Below are positions 37,577-50,850 of a stretch of DNA of 64,000 nt, in pieces. Each line of letters starts with the position of its first letter. Position 1 is the stretch's first letter. The notes beneath the pieces are model-generated. The model did no database searches and was not told the origin of the DNA. It worked only from the letters and a program-made list of their open reading frames with translations. The position numbers were made by a program, and so were the translations under genes. This stretch comes from Auanema rhodensis (lineage: Eukaryota > Animalia > Nematoda). The stretch covers positions 7,378,001 through 7,442,000 of the forward strand of contig OZ059894.1 in the NCBI GenBank assembly GCA_964057225.1, in the 5' to 3' direction.

Positions 37577-37849
37577 AAACTTTTAATATCTACTGTTTGA
37601 GAAACATTTCTCGTTAAGTGGCGTCCTGGTGCTCCTTCGACTCCTCGATCTTGGAGCTACTCGAGATCCCAGGGCTGGGAGCGGTTGACAATAATATTCG
37701 TGAAGCGTTTAAGTTGTTTTTTTGAAAATTCTGCTTAGCTCAAGGATGTCCTATTACATAATCACGCGGATAAACCGCGGGTGACAGGTGATCAGAAGCA
37801 AAGATGACATGCAAAATAGTTACATAGGCTTACAGCATAAGTGGCTATT

Positions 37850-38705
37850 CTTACTTAATACTTACCCAAATATTAAGAAAAACCCCGCAAAAAGATTCTG
37901 TGAGATGTGGAAAATTGAAGATTTGGACTTCCAGGACAGGACCCTAAGAATTCAAGCTGGAAAACATGCCGGATTACCGGACTGCCAGGATGTAAGCTGG
38001 GGTTGAAAAGATTTGTTTAAAAAATGAAATTATGAAAAATGTTGTAAAAATGTTAAGTTGAAAAAAAGCAAAATATTATATTATTTTTGAAGAATAACAA
38101 ATCAACGTGAGAGACATAAATCGAGGTTTGGTTATCAAGAAAATTTTGAGTTTTTTAAAATAAAATTGAAAACGTATGGAGGATATTGAGGTTATGAATT
38201 GGACAACAATCACTTCATATTAAATATAACGTTATAATAATATTATTCTCTTGTCCAAGAGAATAAGCTCAGGTCAAGAGTTTTTTTGGCTCAGGATCTT
38301 CTAAAAATGAGCCAAAAAAACGGGTTTTTCAAAAGTTTGGTGACTTGAGATGAGAAGTGGATTCCATATTCCAACCCAATCAGGGCTTTGAGTTAACCCT
38401 GGAAAATCGGTTCCGAAGACCCTAAGGGCTATTCTGCAAACAGCTAAGAAGACACTTCTATCTGTTTCCTGGAACGAAAACAGAGTTCTCTTCTAAGTGT
38501 TTTTAACATACGGTAGAAGCATAAATAAACATCATTATTCTGACCAACAAAGACGGCTCAGTGTTAATATTGAAGCCTGAGAGGAGCTCATTAACAGATG
38601 TATAGCGTTGTAGCATGACAACGCGTGCCCTCACTGATGTGCTAAGGCACTGCAGATGCTTCTGGAGCTGGGATGGATCGTTCTCAAACAATAAACCACA
38701 GTTTG
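37850..38705 (+). mobile_element. Mariner-family transposase fossil
   Basis: Core 38337-38700 reads LVT*DEKWIPYSNP...LSVSWNENRVL...L*HDNACPH*...LLELGWIVL, matching mariner TGDEKW, HDNARPH and LGWEVL motifs with many stops. The 5' extent is less certain. Confidence 0.8.
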
Positions 38706-39483
38706 AGAGTAAAGAACTTCAAAAACTTACTAGACGTTGAAACATTTGTTAAAAATCTCTTTGCATCAAAAAGTAAAGTTTTTTCAGGATAGGAAGAAGA
38801 AGCTTGAAAGAAATGTGGAAGAAAGTTATCGAAAAGAAGGGAGAATACTAAAAGTAATAAAATGTTTCTCTAAATATTTTTTTTTGTCTATTTCATGGGA
38901 TTGCATGAGGGGCCCGAAATCAATGCAACCACTTAATATTAATTTATATCGAAAACACTTATTTGTTGACGTTAATTTATATTTGAAAGAAAATAAATCA
39001 AGATGAGTAGAGCACACGTGAAAAATGTTAATCAGTCCAAGTAAAGTTTAATGTTTAAAAAGTAAAATATACATTTAAGTCAATCCATAACTATCAGTGT
39101 GCTGTGAATTTGAATGATTGTAATCTTATCTGTAAATCCTAAAAAACTGATAGAAAATTAAAAATATCAATATATCAACGAGATCACGGGTTGAATACAG
39201 GCCCCAGCTTGAAACCTATATTGCATATGATTTATAGGATATTACAATTTGTTATTTTGGCATATAGTTACCAATTAAATATAAATGTGACCAACAGCCA
39301 AATTGTTACTGACCAAGACATAATGGTTCGGCGGCCACAACTTTTGCAATCTGCTGTTTAAGAAAAAGTTTTGATGAAGCTTTCCGTATCATATCAGAAC
39401 TTCTATCACATCGATTCTATAGATATATTGTGGTCGAAAGGTCTAGGCTTATGTTTACGTTGTTTGGTTTGTCAGGCTTAGTG

Positions 39484-39553
39484 GTGGATGTCTTCTGGCA
39501 TGATTCTCGTTTTGTGTGCGAGAGGACCCTGGTTCAAACCCCGGTTTGGCCCT
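39484..39553 (+). pseudogene. Degenerate tRNA-Pro pseudogene at the array edge
   Basis: ...GGCATGATTCTCGTTTTGTGTGCGAGAGGACCCTGGTTCAAACCCCGGTTTGGCCC plus an array-like trailer. Confidence 0.8.
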
Positions 39554-39891
39554 AGCTTTTGCTATTTGCCGTTTAAGAAAAAGTTTTGATGAAGCTTTCA
39601 GTATCGGATCTTAGATGGATTCTTTGGATGTATGGCGGCTGAAACTCTTACGCGAATTATACCGCCCTTTCCTGTCTAGTGTCTGTGGAACATTAACGGA
39701 TGTGTTCTCAGATGATATCCCTGAGAGTTACATGACCGAATGGTCAATGGTGTATAAGAGGCTGATGATTTATACGATGATATCCATGAACACGTCTAAC
39801 CCAAAACAACTAGGTGTGCCATACTCGTAGTTTGGATGCATCAGCAATAGACGGCGGATCTCTTGTGAGATGATATTCTAGAAGATAATGT

Positions 39892-39963
39892 GGCCGAATG
39901 GTCTAGGGGTATGATTCTCGCTTTGGGTGCGAGAGGTCCCGGGTTCAAATCCCGGTTCGGCCC
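39892..39963 (+). tRNA. tRNA-Pro(TGG)
   Basis: GGCCGAATGGTCTAGGGGTATGATTCTCGCTTTGGGTGCGAGAGGTCCCGGGTTCAAATCCCGGTTCGGCCC: full cloverleaf, A/B boxes, TGG anticodon, TTTT 3 nt downstream (array consensus). Confidence 0.95.
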
Positions 39964-40387
39964 AAACTTTTGCTTTCTTTTGTTTCAGAAACAGTTTTGA
40001 TAAAGCTTTCAGTTTCGGAACTTCTCTCAAATCCTTTCTTTAGATAATTTCCGGTAAAAAGGTCTAGGCTTATGGTTACGTTGTTTTGATGCATCAGGAA
40101 TAGACGGCGGATCTCTTGTGAGATGATATACTTTGAGAAAATGTCGATTGGACATTGTTTCTTGGATATATTGTGAAAAAAGCTCCAAGCTTATGATTAC
40201 CGTGTTTGGATGCATAAGGGATAGACGGCGGATCTCTTGTGAGATCATATTCTAGGAGATAATGTCGATTGGACATGGTTTCTTGGATATATTGTGATAA
40301 AAAGCTCCAAGCTTATGATTACCGTGTTTGGATGCATCAGGAATAGACGGCAGATCTCTTGTGAGATGATATTCTAGGAGATAATGT

Positions 40388-40459
40388 GGCCGAATGGTCT
40401 AGGGGTATGATTCTCGCTTTGGGTGCGAGAGGTCCCGGGTTCAAATCCCGGTTCGGCCC
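40388..40459 (+). tRNA. tRNA-Pro(TGG)
   Basis: Consensus copy. Confidence 0.95.
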
Positions 40460-41126
40460 AAACTTTTGCTTTCTTTTGTTTCAGAAACAGTTTTGATAAA
40501 GCTTTCAGTTTCGGAACTTCTCTCAAATCCTTTCTTTAGATAATTTCCGGTAAAAAGGTCTAGGCTCATGGTTACGTTGTTTGGATGCATCAGGAATAGA
40601 CGGCGGATCTCTTGTGAGATGATATACTTTGAGATAATGTCGATTGGACATTGTTTCTTGGATATATTGTGATAAAAAGCTCCAAGCTTATGATTACCGT
40701 GTTTGGATGCATCAGGAATAGACGGCGGATCTCTTGTGAGATCATATTCTAGAAGATAATGTCGATTGGACATTGTTTCTTGGATATATTGTGATAAAAA
40801 GCTCCAAGCTTATGATTACCGTGTTTGGATGCATCAGGAATAGACGGCGGATCTCTTGTGAGATGATATACTTTGAGATAATGTCGATTGGACATTGTTT
40901 CTTGGATATATTGTGATAAAAAGCTCCAAGCTTATGATTACCGTGTTTGGATGCATCAGGAATAGACGGCGGATCTCTTGTGAGATCATATTCTAGAAGA
41001 TAATGTCGATTGGACATTGTTTCTTGGATATATTGTGAAAAAAGGTCCAAGCTTATGATTAGGTTGTTTGGATGCATAAGGGATAGACGGCGTTCTCTTG
41101 TGAGATGATATTCTAGGAGATAATGT

Positions 41127-41198
41127 GGCCGAATGGTCTAGGGGTATGATTCTCGCTTTGGGTGCGAGAGGTCCCGGGTTCAAATCCCGGTTCGGCCC
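41127..41198 (+). tRNA. tRNA-Pro(TGG)
   Basis: Consensus copy. Confidence 0.95.
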
Positions 41199-41621
41199 AA
41201 TCTTTTGCTTTCTTTTTTTCAGAAACAGTTTTGATAAAGCTTTCAGTTTCGGAACTTCTCTCAAATCCTTTCTTTGGATAATTTCCGGTAAAAAGTTCTA
41301 GGCTTATGGTTACGTTGTTTGGATGCATCAGGAATAGACGGCGGATCTCTTGTGAGATGATATACTTTGAGATAATGTCGATTGGACATTGTTTCTTGGA
41401 TATATTGTGAAAAAAGCTCCAAGCTTATGATTACCGTGTTTGGATGCATAAGGGATAGACGGCGGATCTCTTGTGAGATCATATTCTAGGAGATAATGTC
41501 GATTGGACATGGTTTCTTGGATATATTGTGATAAAAAGCTCCAAGCTTATGATTACCGTGTTTGGATGCATCAGGAATAGACGGCAGATCTCTTGTGAGA
41601 TGATATTCTTGGAGATAATGT

Positions 41622-41693
41622 GGCCGATTGGTCTAGGGGTATGATTCTCGCTTTGGGTGCGAGAGGTCCCGGGTTCAAATCCCGGTTCGGCCC
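41622..41693 (+). tRNA. tRNA-Pro(TGG) variant
   Basis: A7T acceptor-stem mismatch. Confidence 0.85.
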
Positions 41694-42114
41694 AATCTTT
41701 TGCTTTCTTTTTTTCAGAAACAGTTTTGATAAAGCTTTCAGTTTCGGAACTTCTCTCAAATCCTTTCTTTGGATAATTTCCGGTAAAAAGTTCTAGGCTT
41801 ATGGTTACGTTGTTTGGATGCATCAGGAATAGACGGCGGATCTCTTGTGAGATGATATACTTTGAGAAAATGTCGATTGGACATTGTTTCTTGGATATAT
41901 TGTGAAAAAAGCTCCAAGCTTATGATTACCGTGTTTGGATGCATCAGGAATAGACGGCGGATCTCTTGTGAGATCATATTCTAGAAGATAATGTCGATTG
42001 GACATTGTTTCTTGGATATATTGTGAAAAAAGGTCCAAGCTTATGATTAGGTTGTTTGGATGCATAAGGGATAGACGGCGTTCTCTTGTGAGATGATATT
42101 CTAGGAGATAATGT

Positions 42115-42186
42115 GGCCTAATGGTCTAGGGGTATGATTCTCGCTTTGGGTGCGAGAGGTCCCGGGTTCAAATCCCGGTTCGGCCC
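42115..42186 (+). tRNA. tRNA-Pro(TGG) variant
   Basis: G5T acceptor-stem mismatch. Confidence 0.85.
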
Positions 42187-42610
42187 AAACTTTTGCTTTC
42201 TTTTGTTTCAGAAACAGTTTTGATAAAGCTTTCAGTTTCGGAACTTCTCTCAAATCCTTTCTTTAGATAATTTCCGGTAAAAAGGTCTAGGCTTATGGTT
42301 ACGTTGTTTGGATGCATCAGGAATAGACGGCGGATCTCTTGTGAGATGATATACTTTGAGATAATGTCGATTGGACATTGTTTCTTGGATATACTGTGAA
42401 AAAAGCTCCAAGCTTATGATTACCGTGTTTGGATGCATAAGGGATAGACGGCGGATCTCTTGTGAGATCATATTCTAGGAGATAATGTCGATTGGACATG
42501 GTTTCTTGGATATATTGTGATAAAAAGCTCCAAGCTTATGATTACCGTGTTTGGATGCATCAGGAATAGACGGCTGATCTCTTGTGAGATGATATTCTAA
42601 GAGATAATGT

Positions 42611-42682
42611 GGCCGAATGGTCTAGGGGTATGATTCTCGCTTTGGGTGCGAGAGGTCCCGGGTTCAAATCCCGGTTCGGCCC
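42611..42682 (+). tRNA. tRNA-Pro(TGG)
   Basis: Consensus copy. Confidence 0.95.
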
Positions 42683-43103
42683 AATCTTTTGCTTTCTTTT
42701 TTTCAGAAACAGTTTTGATAAAGCTTTCAGTTTCGGAACTTCTCTCAAATCCTTTCTTTGGATAATTTCCGGTAAAAAGTTCTAGGCTTATGGTTACGTT
42801 GTTTGGATGCATCAGGAATAGACGGCGGATCTCTTGTGAGATGATATACTTTGAGATAATGTCAATTGGACATTGTTTCTTGGATATATTGTGAAAAAAG
42901 CTCCAAGCTTATGATTACCGTGTTTGGATGCATAAGGGATAGATGGCGGATCTCTTGTGAGATCATATTCTAGGAGATAATGTCGATTGGACATGGTTTC
43001 TTGGATATATTGTGAAAAAAGGTCCAAGCTTATGATTAGGTTGTTTGGATGCATAAGGGATAGACGGCGTTCTCTTGTGAGATGATATTCTAGGAGATAA
43101 TGT

Positions 43104-43175
43104 GGCCTAATGGTCTAGGGGTATGATTCTCGCTTTGGGTGCGAGAGGTCCCGGGTTCAAATCCCGGTTCGGCCC
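43104..43175 (+). tRNA. tRNA-Pro(TGG) variant
   Basis: G5T acceptor-stem mismatch. Confidence 0.85.
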
Positions 43176-43598
43176 AATCTTTTGCTTTCTTTTTTTCAGA
43201 AACAGTTTTGATAAAGCTTTCAGTTTTGGAACTTCTCTCAAATCCTTTCTTTGGATATATTCTGGTAAAAAGGTCTAGGCTTATGGTTACGTTGTTTGGA
43301 TGCATCAGGAATAGACGGCGGATCTCTTGTGAGATGATATACTTTGGGATAATGTCGATTGGACATTGTTTCTTGGATATATTGTGATAAAAAGCTCCAA
43401 GCTTATGATTACCGTGTTTGGATGCATCAGGAATAGACGGCGGATCTCTTGTGAGATCATATTCTAGGAGATAATGTCGATTGGACATTGTTTCTTGGAT
43501 ATATTGTGAAAAAAGGTCCAAGCTTATGATTAGGTTGTTTGGATCCATAAGGGATAGACGGCGGATCTCTTCTGAGATGATATTCTAGGAGATAATGT

Positions 43599-43670
43599 GG
43601 CCGAATGGTCTAGGGGTATGATTCTCGCTTTGGGTGCGAGAGGTCCCGGGTTCAAATCCCGGTTCGGCCC
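43599..43670 (+). tRNA. tRNA-Pro(TGG)
   Basis: Consensus copy. Confidence 0.95.
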
Positions 43671-44217
43671 AAACTTTTGCTTTCTTTTGTTTCAGAAACA
43701 GTTTTGATAAAGCTTTCAGTTTCGGAACTTCTCTCAAATCCTTTCATTGGATATATTCTGGTAAAAAGGTCTATGCTTATGGTTACGTTGTTTGGATGCA
43801 TCAGGAATAGACGGCGGATCTCTTGTGAGATGATATACTTTGAGATAATGTCGATTGGACATGGTTTCTTGGATATATTGTGATAAAAAGCTCCAAGCTT
43901 ATGATTACCGTGTTTGGATGCATCAGGAATAGACGGCGGATCTCTTGTGAGATCATATTCTAGGAGATAATGTCGATTGGACATGGTTTCTTGGATATAT
44001 TGTGATAAAAAGCTCCAAGCTTATGATTACCGTGTTTGGATGCATAAGGGATAGACGGCGGATCTCTTGTGAGATCATATTCTAGGAGATAATTTCGATT
44101 GGACATGGTTTCTTGGATATATTGTGATAAAAAGGTCCAAGCTTATGATTACGTTGTTTGGATGCATAAGGGATAGACGTCGGATCTCTTGTGAGATGAT
44201 ATTCTAGGAGATAATGT

Positions 44218-44289
44218 GGCCGAATGGTCTAGGGGTATGATTCTCGCTTTGGGTGCGAGAGGTCCCGGGTTCAAATCCCGGTTCGGCCC
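44218..44289 (+). tRNA. tRNA-Pro(TGG)
   Basis: Consensus copy. Confidence 0.95.
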
Positions 44290-44713
44290 AAACTTTTGCT
44301 TTCATTTGTTTCAGAAACAGTTTTGATAAAGCTTTCAGTTTCGGTACTTCTCTCAAATTCTTTCATTGGATATATTCTGGTAAAAAGGTCTAGGCTTATG
44401 GTTACGTTGTTTGGATGCATCAGGAATAGACGGCGGATCTCTTGTGAGATGATATACTTTGGGATAATGTCGATTGGACATTGTTTCTTGGATATATTGT
44501 GATAAAAAGCTCCAAGCTTATGATTACCGTGTTTGGATGCATCAGGAATAGACGGCGGATCTCTTGTGAGATCATATTCTAGGAGATAATGTCGATTGGA
44601 CATTGTTTCTTGGATATATTGTGAAAAAAGGTCCAAGCTTATGATTAGGTTGTTTGGATCCATAAGGGATAGACGGCGGATCTCTTCTGAGATGATATTC
44701 TAGGAGATAATGT

Positions 44714-44785
44714 GGCCGAATGGTCTAGGGGTATGATTCTCGCTTTGGGTGCGAGAGGTCCCGGGTTCAAATCCCGGTTCGGCCC
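44714..44785 (+). tRNA. tRNA-Pro(TGG)
   Basis: Consensus copy. Confidence 0.95.
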
Positions 44786-45088
44786 AAACTTTTGCTTTCT
44801 TTTGTTTCAGAAACAGTTTTGATAAAGCTTTCAGTTTCGGAACTTCTCTCAAATCCTTTCATTGGATATATTCTGGTAAAAAGGTCTATGCTTATGGTTA
44901 CGTTGTTTGGATGCATCAGGAATAGACGGCGGATCTCTTGTGAGATGATATACTTTGAGATAATGTCGATTGGACATTGTTTCTTGGATATATTGTGATA
45001 AAAAGCTCCAAGCTTATGATTACCGTGTTTGGATGCATCAGGAATAGACGGCGGATCTCTTGTGAGATGATATTCTAGGAGATATTGT

Positions 45089-45160
45089 GGCCGAATGGTC
45101 TAGGGGTATGATTCTCGCTTTGGGTGCGAGAGGTCCCGGGTTCAAATCCCGGTTCGGCCC
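45089..45160 (+). tRNA. tRNA-Pro(TGG)
   Basis: Consensus copy. Confidence 0.95.
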
Positions 45161-45584
45161 AAACTTTTGCTTTCTTTTGTTTCAGAAACAGTTTTGATAA
45201 AGCTTTCAGTTTCGGAACTTCTCTCAAATCCTTTCTTTAGATAATTTCCGGTAAAAAGGTCTAGGCTTATGGTTACGTTGTTTGGATGCATCAGGAATAG
45301 ACGGCGGATCTCTTGTGAGATGATATACTTTGAGATAATGTCGATTGGACATTGTTTCTTGGATATACTGTGAAAAAAGCTCCAAGCTTATGATTACCGT
45401 GTTTGGATGCATAAGGGATAGACGGCGGATCTCTTGTGAGATCATATTCTAGGAGATAATGTCGATTGGACATGGTTTCTTGGATATATTGTGATAAAAA
45501 GCTCCAAGCTTATGATTACCGTGTTTGGATGCATCAGGAATAGACGGCTGATCTCTTGTGAGATGATATTCTAAGAGATAATGT

Positions 45585-45656
45585 GGCCGAATGGTCTAGG
45601 GGTATGATTCTCGCTTTGGGTGCGAGAGGTCCCGGGTTCAAATCCCGGTTCGGCCC
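45585..45656 (+). tRNA. tRNA-Pro(TGG)
   Basis: Consensus copy. Confidence 0.95.
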
Positions 45657-46077
45657 AATCTTTTGCTTTCTTTTTTTCAGAAACAGTTTTGATAAAGCTT
45701 TCAGTTTCGGAACTTCTCTCAAATCCTTTCTTTGGATAATTTCCGGTAAAAAGTTCTAGGCTTATGGTTACGTTGTTTGGATGCATCAGGAATAGACGGC
45801 GGATCTCTTGTGAGATGATATACTTTGAGATAATGTCAATTGGACATTGTTTCTTGGATATATTGTGAAAAAAGCTCCAAGCTTATGATTACCGTGTTTG
45901 GATGCATAAGGGATAGATGGCGGATCTCTTGTGAGATCATATTCTAGGAGATAATGTCGATTGGACATGGTTTCTTGGATATATTGTGAAAAAAGGTCCA
46001 AGCTTATGATTAGGTTGTTTGGATGCATAAGGGATAGACGGCGTTCTCTTGTGAGATGATATTCTAGGAGATAATGT

Positions 46078-46149
46078 GGCCTAATGGTCTAGGGGTATGA
46101 TTCTCGCTTTGGGTGCGAGAGGTCCCGGGTTCAAATCCCGGTTCGGCCC
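46078..46149 (+). tRNA. tRNA-Pro(TGG) variant
   Basis: G5T acceptor-stem mismatch. Confidence 0.85.
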
Positions 46150-46572
46150 AATCTTTTGCTTTCTTTTTTTCAGAAACAGTTTTGATAAAGCTTTCAGTTT
46201 TGGAACTTCTCTCAAATCCTTTCTTTGGATATATTCTGGTAAAAAGGTCTAGGCTTATGGTTACGTTGTTTGGATGCATCAGGAATAGACGGCGGATCTC
46301 TTGTGAGATGATATACTTTGGGATAATGTCGATTGGACATTGTTTCTTGGATATATTGTGATAAAAAGCTCCAAGCTTATGATTACCGTGTTTGGATGCA
46401 TCAGGAATAGACGGCGGATCTCTTGTGAGATCATATTCTAGGAGATAATGTCGATTGGACATTGTTTCTTGGATATATTGTGAAAAAAGGTCCAAGCTTA
46501 TGATTAGGTTGTTTGGATCCATAAGGGATAGACGGCGGATCTCTTCTGAGATGATATTCTAGGAGATAATGT

Positions 46573-46644
46573 GGCCGAATGGTCTAGGGGTATGATTCTC
46601 GCTTTGGGTGCGAGAGGTCCCGGGTTCAAATCCCGGTTCGGCCC
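46573..46644 (+). tRNA. tRNA-Pro(TGG)
   Basis: Consensus copy. Confidence 0.95.
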
Positions 46645-47191
46645 AAACTTTTGCTTTCTTTTGTTTCAGAAACAGTTTTGATAAAGCTTTCAGTTTCGGA
46701 ACTTCTCTCAAATCCTTTCATTGGATATATTCTGGTAAAAAGGTCTATGCTTATGGTTACGTTGTTTGGATGCATCAGGAATAGACGGCGGATCTCTTGT
46801 GAGATGATATACTTTGAGATAATGTCGATTGGACATGGTTTCTTGGATATATTGTGATAAAAAGCTCCAAGCTTATGATTACCGTGTTTGGATGCATCAG
46901 GAATAGACGGCGGATCTCTTGTGAGATCATATTCTAGGAGATAATGTCGATTGGACATGGTTTCTTGGATATATTGTGATAAAAAGCTCCAAGCTTATGA
47001 TTACCGTGTTTGGATGCATAAGGGATAGACGGCGGATCTCTTGTGAGATCATATTCTAGGAGATAATTTCGATTGGACATGGTTTCTTGGATATATTGTG
47101 ATAAAAAGGTCCAAGCTTATGATTACGTTGTTTGGATGCATAAGGGATAGACGTCGGATCTCTTGTGAGATGATATTCTAGGAGATAATGT

Positions 47192-47263
47192 GGCCGAATG
47201 GTCTAGGGGTATGATTCTCGCTTTGGGTGCGAGAGGTCCCGGGTTCAAATCCCGGTTCGGCCC
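47192..47263 (+). tRNA. tRNA-Pro(TGG)
   Basis: Consensus copy. Confidence 0.95.
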
Positions 47264-47687
47264 AAACTTTTGCTTTCATTTGTTTCAGAAACAGTTTTGA
47301 TAAAGCTTTCAGTTTCGGTACTTCTCTCAAATTCTTTCATTGGATATATTCTGGTAAAAAGGTCTAGGCTTATGGTTACGTTGTTTGGATGCATCAGGAA
47401 TAGACGGCGGATCTCTTGTGAGATGATATACTTTGGGATAATGTCGATTGGACATTGTTTCTTGGATATATTGTGATAAAAAGCTCCAAGCTTATGATTA
47501 CCGTGTTTGGATGCATCAGGAATAGACGGCGGATCTCTTGTGAGATCATATTCTAGGAGATAATGTCGATTGGACATTGTTTCTTGGATATATTGTGAAA
47601 AAAGGTCCAAGCTTATGATTAGGTTGTTTGGATCCATAAGGGATAGACGGCGGATCTCTTCTGAGATGATATTCTAGGAGATAATGT

Positions 47688-47759
47688 GGCCGAATGGTCT
47701 AGGGGTATGATTCTCGCTTTGGGTGCGAGAGGTCCCGGGTTCAAATCCCGGTTCGGCCC
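47688..47759 (+). tRNA. tRNA-Pro(TGG)
   Basis: Consensus copy. Confidence 0.95.
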
Positions 47760-48062
47760 AAACTTTTGCTTTCTTTTGTTTCAGAAACAGTTTTGATAAA
47801 GCTTTCAGTTTCGGAACTTCTCTCAAATCCTTTCATTGGATATATTCTGGTAAAAAGGTCTATGCTTATGGTTACGTTGTTTGGATGCATCAGGAATAGA
47901 CGGCGGATCTCTTGTGAGATGATATACTTTGAGATAATGTCGATTGGACATTGTTTCTTGGATATATTGTGATAAAAAGCTCCAAGCTTATGATTACCGT
48001 GTTTGGATGCATCAGGAATAGACGGCGGATCTCTTGTGAGATGATATTCTAGGAGATATTGT

Positions 48063-48134
48063 GGCCGAATGGTCTAGGGGTATGATTCTCGCTTTGGGTG
48101 CGAGAGGTCCCGGGTTCAAATCCCGGTTCGGCCC
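48063..48134 (+). tRNA. tRNA-Pro(TGG)
   Basis: Consensus copy. Confidence 0.95.
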
Positions 48135-48435
48135 AAACTTTTGCTTTCTTTTGTTTCAGAAACAGTTTTGATAAAGCTTTCAGTTTCGGAACTTCTCTCA
48201 AATCCTTTCATTGGATATATTCTGGTAAAAAGGTCTATGCTTATGGTTACGTTGTTTGGATGCATCAGGAATAGACGGCGGATCTCTTGTGAGATGATAT
48301 ACTTTGAGATAATGTCGATTGGACATTGTTTCTTGGATATATTGTGAAAAAAGGTCCAAGCTTATGATTAGGTTGTTTGGATGCATAAGGGATAGACGGC
48401 GTTCTCTTGTGAGATGATATTCTAGGAGATAATGT

Positions 48436-48507
48436 GGCCGAATGGTCTAGGGGTATGATTCTCGCTTTGGGTGCGAGAGGTCCCGGGTTCAAATCCCGGT
48501 TCGGCCC
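48436..48507 (+). tRNA. tRNA-Pro(TGG)
   Basis: Consensus copy. Confidence 0.95.
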
Positions 48508-49414
48508 AAACTTTTGCTTTCTTTTGTTTCAGAAACAGTTTTGATAAAGCTTTCAGTTTCCGAACTTCTCTCAAATCCTTTCTTTAGATAATTTCCGGTA
48601 AAAAGGTCTAGACTTATGGTTACGTTGTTTGGATGCATCAGGAATAGACGGCGGATCTCTTGTGAGATGATATACTTTGAGATAATGTCGATTGGACATT
48701 GTTTCTTGGATATATTGTGAAAAAAGCTCCAAGCTTATGATTACCGTGTTTGGATGCATAAGGGATAGACGGCGGATCTCTTGTGAGATCATATTCTAGG
48801 AGATAATGTCAATTGGACATTGTTTCTTGGATATATTGTGAAAAAAGCTCCAAGCTTATGATTACCGTGTTTGGATGCATAAGGGATAGATGGCGGATCT
48901 CTTGTGAGATCATATTCTAGGAGATAATGTCGATTGGACATGGTTTCTTGGATATATTGTGAAAAAAGCTCCAAGCTTATGATTACCGTGTTTGGATGCA
49001 TAAGGGATAGACGGCGGATCTCTTGTGAGATCATATTCTAGGAGATAATGTCAATTGGACATTGTTTCTTGGATATATTGTGAAAAAAGCTCCAAGCTTA
49101 TGATTACCGTGTTTGGATGCATAAGGGATAGATGGCGGATCTCTTGTGAGATCATATTCTAGGAGATAATGTCGATTGGACATGGTTTCTTGGATATATT
49201 GTGAAAAAAGCTCCAAGCTTATGATTACCGTGTTTGGATGCATAAGGGATAGATGGCGGATCTCTTGTGAGATCATATTCTAGGAGATAATGTCGATTGG
49301 ACATGGTTTCTTGGATATATTGTGAAAAAAGCTCCAAGCTTATGATTACGTTGTTTGGATGCATAAGGGATAGACGTCGGATCTCTTGTGAGATGATATT
49401 CTAGGATATAATGT

Positions 49415-49486
49415 GGCCGAATGGTCTAGGGGTATGATTCTCGCTTTGGGTGCGAGAGGTCCCGGGTTCAAATCCCGGTTCGGCCC
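49415..49486 (+). tRNA. tRNA-Pro(TGG)
   Basis: Consensus copy. Confidence 0.95.
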
Positions 49487-49787
49487 AATCTTTTGCTTTC
49501 TTTTTTTCAGAAACAGTTTTGATAAAGCTTTCAGTTTCGGAACTTCTCTCAAATCCTTTCTTTCGATAATTTCCGGTAAAAAGGTCTAGGCTTATGGTTA
49601 CGTTGTTTGGATGCATCAGGAATAGACGGCGGATCTCTTGTGAGATCATATTCTAGGAGATAATGTCGATTGGACATTGTTTCTTGGATATATTGTGAAA
49701 AAAGGTCCAAGCTTATGATTAGGTTGTTTGGATGCATAAGGGATAGACGGCGGAACTCTTCTGAGATGATATTCTTGGAGATAATGT

Positions 49788-49859
49788 GGCCGAATGGTCC
49801 AGGGGTATGATTCTCGCTTTGGGTGCGAGAGGTCCCGGGTTCAAATCCCGGTTCGGCCC
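49788..49859 (+). tRNA. tRNA-Pro(TGG) variant
   Basis: T13C in D arm. Confidence 0.9.
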
Positions 49860-50161
49860 AAACTTTTGCTTTCTTTTGTTTCAGAAACAGTTTTGATAAA
49901 GCTTTCAATTTCGAAACTTCTCTCAAATCCTTTCTTTGGATAATTTCCGGTAAAAAGGTCTAGGCTTATGGTTACATTGTTTGGATGCATCAGGAATAGA
50001 CGGCGGATCTCTTGTGAGATGATATTCTAGGAGATAATGTCGATTGGACATTGTTTATTGGATATATTGTGAAAAAAGCTCCAAGCTTATGATTACCGTG
50101 TTTGGATGCATAAGGGATAGACGGCGGATCTCTTCTGAGGTGATATTCTAGGAGATAATGT

Positions 50162-50233
50162 GGCCGAATGGTCTAGGGGTATGATTCTCGCTTTGGGTGC
50201 GAGAGGTCCCGGGTTCAAATCCCGGTTCGGCCC
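50162..50233 (+). tRNA. tRNA-Pro(TGG)
   Basis: Consensus copy. Confidence 0.95.
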
Positions 50234-50778
50234 AAACTTTTGCTTTCTTTTGTTTCAGAAACAGTTTTGATAAAGCTTTCAGTTTCGGAACTTCTCTCAA
50301 ATCCTTTCATTGGATATATTCTGGTAAAAAGGTCTAGGCTTATGGTTACGTTGTTTGGATGCATCAGGAATAGATGGCGGATCTCTTGTGAGATGATATA
50401 CTTTGAGATAATGTCGATTGGACATTGTTTCTTGGATATATTGTGATAAAAAGCTCCAAGCTTATGATTACCGTGTTTGGATGCATCAGGAATAGACGGC
50501 GGATCTCTTGTGAGATCATATTCTAGGAGATAATGTCGATTGGACATTGTTTCTCGGATATATTGTGATAAAAAGCTCCAAGCTTATGATTACCGTGTTT
50601 GGATGCATCAGGAATAGACGGCAGATCTCTTGTGAGATCATATTCTAGGAGATAATGTCGATTGGACATTGTTTCTTGGATATATTGTGAAAAAAGGTCC
50701 AAGCTTATGATTAGGTTGTTTGGATGCATAAGGGATAGACGGCGTTCTCTTGTGAGATGATATTCTAGGAGATAATGT

Positions 50779-50850
50779 GGCCGAATGGTCTAGGGGTATG
50801 ATTCTCGCTTTGGGTGCGAGAGGTCCCGGGTTCAAATCCCGGTTCGGCCC
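50779..50850 (+). tRNA. tRNA-Pro(TGG)
   Basis: Consensus copy. Confidence 0.95.

Noticed and set aside
40060-40076. TAGGCTTA in many units resembles the nematode telomere repeat TTAGGC
   Set aside because: Only an 8-nt match, never tandem, and better explained as the decayed tRNA D-arm (GGTCTAGG..TATG).
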